NCBI RefSeq assembly: GCF_000328665.1 | Contig: NC_019977.1 | Location: forward strand, 1,488,001-1,510,010 | DNA: 22,010 nucleotides | Origin: Methanomethylovorans hollandica DSM 15978 | GTDB lineage: Archaea; Halobacteriota; Methanosarcinia; Methanosarcinales; Methanosarcinaceae | Direction of reading: 5' to 3' | Part shown: positions 16,390 through 22,010 of the stretch, piece after piece | How positions within the stretch are numbered: position 1 is the first letter of the stretch | How the letters are laid out: each line of letters starts with the position of its first letter | Position numbers and translations under genes: made by a program | Notes under the pieces: model-generated | Database searches by the model: none | The model's input: only the letters and a program-made list of their open reading frames with translations | What the model was told of the DNA's origin: nothing

Positions 16390-17591
16390 AGAAAAAGGCG
16401 GAAGATGCTCTTAAGAAAAGCGCTGCCTATGGAGAGGATTTAAACCTTGATGATTATGCGATAGCCAGCAAAGAGGCAGAGGTTACGGAAAATCTGATGA
16501 GCCTGAGTGCTGACGATCAGAAAACACTTCTAAATGTGGGAGTTGTACCTAGTGAAGAGAATCGCAGCGGTACTTTCATCATGCTTAACAATGCAGTTTC
16601 TCATACATCTGTCAAACACGAAGATGTAGTGGAACTCATGTCCCTCAGGGAAGCGATGCAGAAATATGACTGGGTGAAGGATTATTCCTGGAAGCTTGTA
16701 AAACCTGATGCAGACAAATATACTGCGATGACCTACCTGCAGAATGCAGATGGCTATTTTATTCGTGCTCCCGCAGGAAAGAAATCCAAAATGCCTGTGC
16801 AGACATGCCTGCTGATCGGGTCCAAAGAGGTTTCACAAACAGTACATAATATAATAGTTGTCGAGGAAGGTGCACAGCTTGATGTAATTACAGGATGTTC
16901 CACCAAAACGGGCGTGGAAAAAGGATTACATCTCGGAATTTCAGAAATGTACGTGAAAAAGGGAGCCACTTTAAACTTTACCATGATACACAACTGGGCT
17001 GAACAGATCGGTGTCAGGCCCCGTACTGTGGTCCATGTTGAAGAAGGCGGAACCTACATCAACAATTATATTACCCTGAAACCAGTGAAATCTATTCAGA
17101 TGTATCCGACAATCCGGCTTGAAGGAAAAGGCGCATTTACAAGGCTGAACAGCATAGGAGTAGCTCATCCCGGATCTGAGCTGGATTTGGGAAGCAGAGT
17201 AATATTCGATGCTCCGGATACAAAAGCAGAAATAATCTCGAGGACCATTACCACCGGTGGAAAGGTCATTGCAAGAGGTGAGATGATAGGTAATGCTTCT
17301 GGAGCAAAAGGTCATCTGGAATGCCATGGTCTTGTGATCTCCGCAGGTACTCAGAGAGCTATCCCTATCCTGGAAGCAAATGTTGAGGACATAGAGCTCT
17401 CCCACGAAGCTGCTGTTGGCAGGATCGCCAGGGAACAAATAGAATACCTTATGGCTCGTGGTCTTACTGAGGATGAAGCTGTTGGAATGATCGTCAGAGG
17501 ATTCCTTGATGTGGGGATTCAGGGCATACCTGATGAGCTCAAGGCAAGTATCGATGAGACCATTGCCAAGATCGGTGAAAAAGCCATCTGA
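16368..17591 (+). CDS. sufB: SufB/SufD-family Fe-S assembly scaffold (SmsB type)
   Basis: HNIIVVEEGA, HLGISE, GHLECHG and SHEAAVGRIAREQIEYLMARGL. Overlaps sufC. ATG 16368 after GAGGAG is preferred to GTG 16359. Confidence 0.9.
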   Translation: MQDELSLKKKAEDALKKSAAYGEDLNLDDYAIASKEAEVTENLMSLSADDQKTLLNVGVVPSEENRSGTFIMLNNAVSHTSVKHEDVVELMSLREAMQKYDWVKDYSWKLVKPDADKYTAMTYLQNADGYFIRAPAGKKSKMPVQTCLLIGSKEVSQTVHNIIVVEEGAQLDVITGCSTKTGVEKGLHLGISEMYVKKGATLNFTMIHNWAEQIGVRPRTVVHVEEGGTYINNYITLKPVKSIQMYPTIRLEGKGAFTRLNSIGVAHPGSELDLGSRVIFDAPDTKAEIISRTITTGGKVIARGEMIGNASGAKGHLECHGLVISAGTQRAIPILEANVEDIELSHEAAVGRIAREQIEYLMARGLTEDEAVGMIVRGFLDVGIQGIPDELKASIDETIAKIGEKAI

Positions 17592-17606
17592 TACGAGTAC
17601 TTTTAT

Positions 17607-17641
17607 GGATGCGGTGTATGCTAAATGCCGCCTCCTTCTTT
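17607..17641 (+). terminator. Candidate terminator after the sufB-like gene
   Basis: GCGGTGT/ATGCCGC stem (17611-17631) followed by the pyrimidine run CTCCTTCTTT. Confidence 0.5.
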
Positions 17642-17718
17642 ACAAATGCTGTTAACATAAATCTTAAGTAAAGGTTTTTATCATCAGATGTCATTAAATA
17701 AAGCCGAGAGGATAATAA

Positions 17719-18585
17719 ATGGATAAAAAGAGTGCTATTGGTATTTTTCTCGTAGTGATCATGCTGGGATCCATTCTTCCCCTGTTCTTTAGCGGTTCAT
17801 CGAATAATAACAATAATCAAACAAATTCACCCAGTGAAGCTCCTGGTATAGACACAATTCCTGGTAACAAGGTAAGTCATCAGCTCGATTCCATCGCAGA
17901 CGGATTGGCAATGAGCCCTGAAAACATAACATCCGCTCAATATGTGGACTACGCAAAGATGCACCAGAGCCAGCTTAAGATCTTCGTGCCTAATGAAACC
18001 GAATTGTCAACTCTGTATAACGTAAGGCTTACAAAAGAGTTCATTGCCGTCGACTCTAATGTACCGAATGGAACTGATATTGCTTTGAGAATGCATGAAA
18101 TAGAGCCAAAGGTAGTTAATTTCCAATATATAGCTTCGAAAGAGCCGTATAAAGGATACTACTTACTGTCAAGAAGTGAAGAATATTACAATGTCGTAGG
18201 ATCACCTATGTTATTTGGCAGTAAAGAAAGTATTGAAAATGCAATAGATGTAATTTCCGGGGATGCTTCAGGATCACATTATTTCGATCGCTTGCTCGGT
18301 TATACTGAACCAGGAGCGGAATATCAGGTGCTCAGTTCTGATAATGAGCTGGTAGCTGATCAGTATTACTTAGAGTTCAAGGCTCTGGAAGAAGGGGGAT
18401 ATGCAAGGACATCTCTTTTTATGAACCTGAACGAAAGTGTACTTAGTGATATCAACTCTCTCGCGCAGAACAGTTCCACGCGTGGACTTGAATATAATAT
18501 AACAAACAATAATGACATCACGAAAGTTATCGTGAAAACCAACGAATCTAACTTTTTCAACCTTGCATTGGAGCCATCTGCATAA
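17719..18585 (+). CDS. Hypothetical N-terminally anchored extracellular protein (288 aa)
   Basis: MDKK plus a hydrophobic helix, an Asn/Ser linker and eight N-X-S/T sequons. SD GAGG and its own BRE/TATA-like AAAGGTTTTTAT at about 17670-17681. Confidence 0.85.
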   Translation: MDKKSAIGIFLVVIMLGSILPLFFSGSSNNNNNQTNSPSEAPGIDTIPGNKVSHQLDSIADGLAMSPENITSAQYVDYAKMHQSQLKIFVPNETELSTLYNVRLTKEFIAVDSNVPNGTDIALRMHEIEPKVVNFQYIASKEPYKGYYLLSRSEEYYNVVGSPMLFGSKESIENAIDVISGDASGSHYFDRLLGYTEPGAEYQVLSSDNELVADQYYLEFKALEEGGYARTSLFMNLNESVLSDINSLAQNSSTRGLEYNITNNNDITKVIVKTNESNFFNLALEPSA

Positions 18586-18604
18586 GGCTCCTGTTTTCTT
18601 TCTT
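18570..18604 (+). terminator. Candidate terminator
   Basis: GGAGCC/GGCTCC stem spanning the stop codon, followed by TGTTTTCTTTCTT. Confidence 0.55.
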
Positions 18605-18660
18605 CAACGGAAAGACTTTTGTTCTAAAAAGACCTTCTGCGCAGGCTACGTTAGCATTTT

Positions 18661-18679
18661 GCCGTAAGGTATATAAATA
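18661..18679 (+). promoter_or_regulatory. BRE + TATA for the rpl7ae operon
   Basis: GCCGTAAGG-TATATAAATA lies about 185 nt upstream of ATG 18862, implying a leader of roughly 160 nt. Confidence 0.6.
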
Positions 18680-18733
18680 AATGCAGCGATTGATAGCCAG
18701 CGCTTGATGTAAGTTGTGATGTAATTTACTTTA

Positions 18734-18852
18734 TGTAGCAATCGACACAGGCAGTTGATAATCATTAAGCCAGACATATACTTCGGTAAGTATGATTCCG
18801 GAGCTACAATGAATGATGAAAGGCCTTTAATGAATTCATGGTCTTGAAGGAG
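18734..18852 (+). promoter_or_regulatory. Structured 5' leader of rpl7ae with a candidate kink-turn
   Basis: Stems TGTAGC/GCTACA, ATCGAC/GTTGAT and a cUUCGg hairpin. Box-C-like ATGATGA is followed by an AAGGCC/GGTCTT stem flanked by GA on both strands, next to the SD. Confidence 0.5.
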
Positions 18853-18861
18853 ATAAATAAT

Positions 18862-19218
18862 ATGGCAAAAAAATTCGATATTCCAGCAGAGCTCTCTGAT
18901 AAAGCCCTCGAGAGCGTTGAACTCGCAAGAGATACCGGTAAACTCAAAAAAGGTACCAACGAAGTCACAAAAGCAATTGAAAGAGGAATTGTTAAACTCG
19001 CTGTTATTGCTGAAGACATTCAGCCTGAAGAGATCATTGCCCACATTCCTGTACTGTGTGAAGAAAAGAACGCCCCCTATATATTTGTAAAGCAGCAGAA
19101 GGAGCTTGGAGCTGCCTGTGGCATTGGTGTCAACTGTGCAGCAGTGGCTATAGTAGATGCCGGAAAGGGTGCAGAACTTATCGAAGATATCGTTGAGAAG
19201 GTTAATGCCCTGAAATAA
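18862..19218 (+). CDS. rpl7ae: 50S ribosomal protein L7Ae
   Basis: [17 protein letters not shown] and [24 protein letters not shown] 18862 follows AAGGAG. Confidence 0.97.
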   Translation: MAKKFDIPAELSDKALESVELARDTGKLKKGTNEVTKAIERGIVKLAVIAEDIQPEEIIAHIPVLCEEKNAPYIFVKQQKELGAACGIGVNCAAVAIVDAGKGAELIEDIVEKVNALK

Positions 19219-19238
19219 ATCCTTTGGAGGTATAGGCA

Positions 19239-19454
19239 ATGGCAGATGATGATACAGGATATGCGGCAGAGGTCATCGATGTTATCGGAAATACCGGTAT
19301 GCATGGTGAGGCCAGCCAGATCCAGTGCAGGGTTCTGGAAGGCCGTGACAAGGGCCGTATTATTACCCGCAACAGTGTCGGGCCCGTAAGGATAGGGGAT
19401 GTCTTCATGCTCATGGAGACCTCAAGAGAAGCAAAGAAGCTCACTACAAGGTGA
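19239..19454 (+). CDS. rps28e: 30S ribosomal protein S28e
   Basis: [15 protein letters not shown]...GRIITRN...GPVRIGD...ETSREAKKL, in the conserved gene order. Confidence 0.97.
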   Translation: MADDDTGYAAEVIDVIGNTGMHGEASQIQCRVLEGRDKGRIITRNSVGPVRIGDVFMLMETSREAKKLTTR

Positions 19455-19459
19455 TATGA

Positions 19460-19648
19460 ATGGAACAGAGAAAATGTTCTTTCTGCGGTGAGTTGCTCGA
19501 GCCAGGTACAGGGAAATTGTTCGCAAAGAAAGATGGATCCACATTTTATTTCTGTTCATCCAAGTGCGAGAGCAACTTCATGCTTGGAAGGCTACCGAGG
19601 CGTACTACCTGGACAGAGCAGGGTAGAGCCTACCTCAAGAAAGCCTGA
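19460..19648 (+). CDS. rpl24e: 50S ribosomal protein L24e
   Basis: CSFCG...EPGTG...FCSSKC zinc motif. Confidence 0.97.
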   Translation: MEQRKCSFCGELLEPGTGKLFAKKDGSTFYFCSSKCESNFMLGRLPRRTTWTEQGRAYLKKA

Positions 19649-19660
19649 GTTGGTGTCAAA

Positions 19661-20110
19661 ATGGAACAGACTTATGTGATGATAAAGCCGGACGCTGTAC
19701 AAAGAGGGCTAATAGGCGAGATCATTTCAAGGATAGAGAGAAAAGGGCTTAAGATAGCAGCCATGCGCATGAACGTTATGGATAAAAACAGTGCAAAGGC
19801 ACATTATAAGGAGCATTCTGAAAGGCCTTTTTTCACTTCCCTTATAGAATATGTTATTTCCGGACCATCCGTATCCATGGTAGTTGAAGGTAACAACTCC
19901 ATTGTGATCATGAGAGCCATAAATGGTGCCACTAATCCGGTGAATGCGTTGCCTGGCACCATACGTGGTGACCTTGCTGTAGAGACCGGAAGGAACATAG
20001 TACATGCTTCTGATTCACCCGAGGCTGCAAAGCGTGAGATCTCCATTCACTTCAAGGATGATGAGATCACGGGATATAAGAAGATAGATGAGGCGTGGCT
20101 GTACGAGTAA
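19661..20110 (+). CDS. ndk: Nucleoside diphosphate kinase
   Basis: MIKPDAVQRGLIGEII, GATNP, PGTIRGD and NIVHASDS (catalytic His). Confidence 0.98.
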   Translation: MEQTYVMIKPDAVQRGLIGEIISRIERKGLKIAAMRMNVMDKNSAKAHYKEHSERPFFTSLIEYVISGPSVSMVVEGNNSIVIMRAINGATNPVNALPGTIRGDLAVETGRNIVHASDSPEAAKREISIHFKDDEITGYKKIDEAWLYE

Positions 20111-20231
20111 AGGGATTAGGCAGGTGTTCACCATTCCTGGTCCTCTTGGTCCATTTTAGTACCGGGCATGGAGCAACTCATCCCTTATGTTTTTACATAT
20201 CTCAAAGAAAGAGTAATAGAAGGGTTTTCTC

Positions 20232-22007
20232 ATGGTAGACAAAAAGAATTTACGAACTCCAATAGTATCTGTGATGGGGCACGTAGACCACGGGAAGACT
20301 ACCCTGCTTGATAAGATCAGAGGAAGTTCAGTGGCTGCCGGTGAGGCAGGTGCAATTACCCAGCATATAGGTGCTACCGAAGTACCTATTGATGTAATTG
20401 TCGAGAAATGCGGCAATCCCTCCTTAAGGGAAAGGTTTGTCGTACCTGGCCTGCTGTTTATTGACACTCCCGGTCATCATGCGTTCACATCCCTGCGAAG
20501 CCGCGGGGGAGCGCTTGCAGATCTTGCTATCGTGGTGGTCGATATCAATGAAGGTTTCAAGCCGCAGACCATAGAGAGCTTGCAGATATTGAAACGCTTC
20601 AAAACTCCCTTTGTGGTGGTGGCGAACAAGATCGACAGGATACATGGATGGAACCCTGTACCCAATGCTTCTTTCCTTGTAAGCTATAATAAGCAGGCTG
20701 AACATGTGCAACAGTATCTGGACAACAAGTTCTATGAGGTCATAGGTGAGCTGTTCAACATAGGGTTCAATGCAGATCGTTATGATCGGATAAAGGATTT
20801 CCAGCACACTATCGGCGTGATCCCCATAAGCGGGCATACGGGAGAAGGAATATCGGATGTATTAATGGTGCTACTGGGACTGGCACAGAAATTCCTGGAA
20901 GCCAATCTGCAGTATGATGCCAGTGGCCCCGGAGTAGCTACCGTGCTTGAAGTGAAGGAAGAGCGTGGGCTTGGTACCACTGTAGACCTGATACTTTATG
21001 ACGGCATGCTACAAAAGGGCGATACGATCGTTCTCGGGAGCCTCGGGGAGCCCATTCAGACCAAAGTAAGGGCCATTCTGAAGCCCAGACCTTTGTCAGA
21101 GATCAAATCCGAAGAAAAGTTCCAGCAGGTAGATAAAGTAATTGCAGCTGTAGGTATAAAGATATCCGCCCCCAATCTCGACGGAGCCCTTGCGGGAACG
21201 CCATTGAGAGTTGCGACTGCTGAGACTATCGATAAGATAGTCAAAGATATCAAGCAGGAAGTGGATGCAGTACACATTGATACTGATACAATGGGTATCA
21301 CTATCAAAGCCGATACTATAGGTTCTCTTGAAGCTCTTGTCAATGAGCTTAAAAAAGAGGAGATAGCCATAAGGAAAGCTGATGTCGGTGATATTACCCA
21401 TCGTGATATCGTTGAGGTCTCTGCAATCGAAGAATCTCAATACTCAGTATTGGTAGGGTTCAACGTAAAGATATTACCTGACGCCAAAGAAAAAGCTCAG
21501 TTGTCCAACATCAAACTATTCGTGAATGATGTGATCTACAGGCTCATTGACGATTATAAGGATTGGATAGAAGAACAGAAAGAGCTCTCTGAAAAGAACA
21601 TTTCCGAAACCATCGTGAAGCCTGCGGTCTTCCAGATCATGCGCGATTGTATTTTCAGACAGAGTAAACCTGCTGTTGTCGGAGTGAGGATAAGATCGGG
21701 TATTGTAAGGACAAACACCGAGGTCACAAATTCTGATGGCGTGGTTGTCGGCAAGATCAAAGGCCTGCAATTACGGAGTGAGAACATTGGTACTGCAAGG
21801 ACAGGGATGGAAGTGGCCATGGCAATTGAAGGACCGACTGTCGGGCGGCAGATCAAAGAGGAAGACATCCTTTACGTAAATGTGCCTGAAAGGCATGCGA
21901 AGATCCTTGAGCACGAGATATCGGACTCCCTTTCTGCAGATGAACTGGAAGCTTTAGATGTGTTCCTGGACATTAAAAGAAAGGATAATCCATTCTGGGC
22001 AAAGTGA
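20232..22007 (+). CDS. infB: Translation initiation factor IF-2 (aIF5B)
   Basis: G1 GHVDHGKT, G3 DTPGH, G4 NKID, EAGAITQHIGAT, KADTIGSLEAL and FRQSKPAVVGV. No intein evident at 591 aa. Confidence 0.98.
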   Translation: MVDKKNLRTPIVSVMGHVDHGKTTLLDKIRGSSVAAGEAGAITQHIGATEVPIDVIVEKCGNPSLRERFVVPGLLFIDTPGHHAFTSLRSRGGALADLAIVVVDINEGFKPQTIESLQILKRFKTPFVVVANKIDRIHGWNPVPNASFLVSYNKQAEHVQQYLDNKFYEVIGELFNIGFNADRYDRIKDFQHTIGVIPISGHTGEGISDVLMVLLGLAQKFLEANLQYDASGPGVATVLEVKEERGLGTTVDLILYDGMLQKGDTIVLGSLGEPIQTKVRAILKPRPLSEIKSEEKFQQVDKVIAAVGIKISAPNLDGALAGTPLRVATAETIDKIVKDIKQEVDAVHIDTDTMGITIKADTIGSLEALVNELKKEEIAIRKADVGDITHRDIVEVSAIEESQYSVLVGFNVKILPDAKEKAQLSNIKLFVNDVIYRLIDDYKDWIEEQKELSEKNISETIVKPAVFQIMRDCIFRQSKPAVVGVRIRSGIVRTNTEVTNSDGVVVGKIKGLQLRSENIGTARTGMEVAMAIEGPTVGRQIKEEDILYVNVPERHAKILEHEISDSLSADELEALDVFLDIKRKDNPFWAK

Positions 22008-22010
22008 ATG

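Noticed and set aside
17803..17817. AAT/AAC run encoding NNNNN
   Set aside because: Short low-complexity linker after a membrane anchor, common and uninformative.
18646..19239. 197-aa minus-strand ORF
   Set aside because: Antisense to rpl7ae and its leader, with no protein-like motifs. Treated as a shadow ORF, as are the other antisense or nested ORFs in hdrD, pepN, sufCB, ndk and infB.
20110..20200. H/ACA guide RNA interpretation of the ndk-infB hairpin
   Set aside because: No K-turn or K-loop GA motifs at the apex, and the ACA is not directly after the basal stem.
1..22010. CRISPR array, tRNA/rRNA genes, transposase, integrase or intein
   Set aside because: No regularly spaced repeat-spacer units, cloverleaf/T-loop signatures, transposase or integrase motifs, or oversized conserved proteins were seen by eye. 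Covariance-model searches were not run.

Overview
Archaeal window from a cytochrome-containing methanogen (Methanosarcinaceae-like), based on the hdrED genes and the rpl7ae-rps28e-rpl24e-ndk-infB cluster. The left part (1-6511) is an accessory cell-envelope region. It holds a minus-strand operon with two uncharacterised membrane proteins, a PEF-CTERM-tailed surface protein and the N-terminus of a probable archaeosortase/exosortase that the ORF track missed. Divergent from it are a CPBP (CAAX/Abi) protease, an ArnD-like CE4 deacetylase split by a 1-nt frameshift and a GT4 glycosyltransferase that appears to start at CTG. A convergent secreted protein with tandem N-glycosylation-sequon repeats also has an ideally placed CTG start. 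The middle holds a small siroheme sulfite/nitrite-reductase-like gene, hdrE-hdrD, two DUF116 paralogues, an M1 aminopeptidase, a GNAT acetyltransferase, a cytochrome-b5-like protein and a SufC/SufB-like (SMS-type) Fe-S pair. The right end is the translation cluster, preceded by a long, apparently structured leader with a K-turn-like element at the rpl7ae ribosome-binding site. No CRISPR array, tRNA/rRNA or transposase was seen. Family calls come from motif recognition by eye, not database searches.
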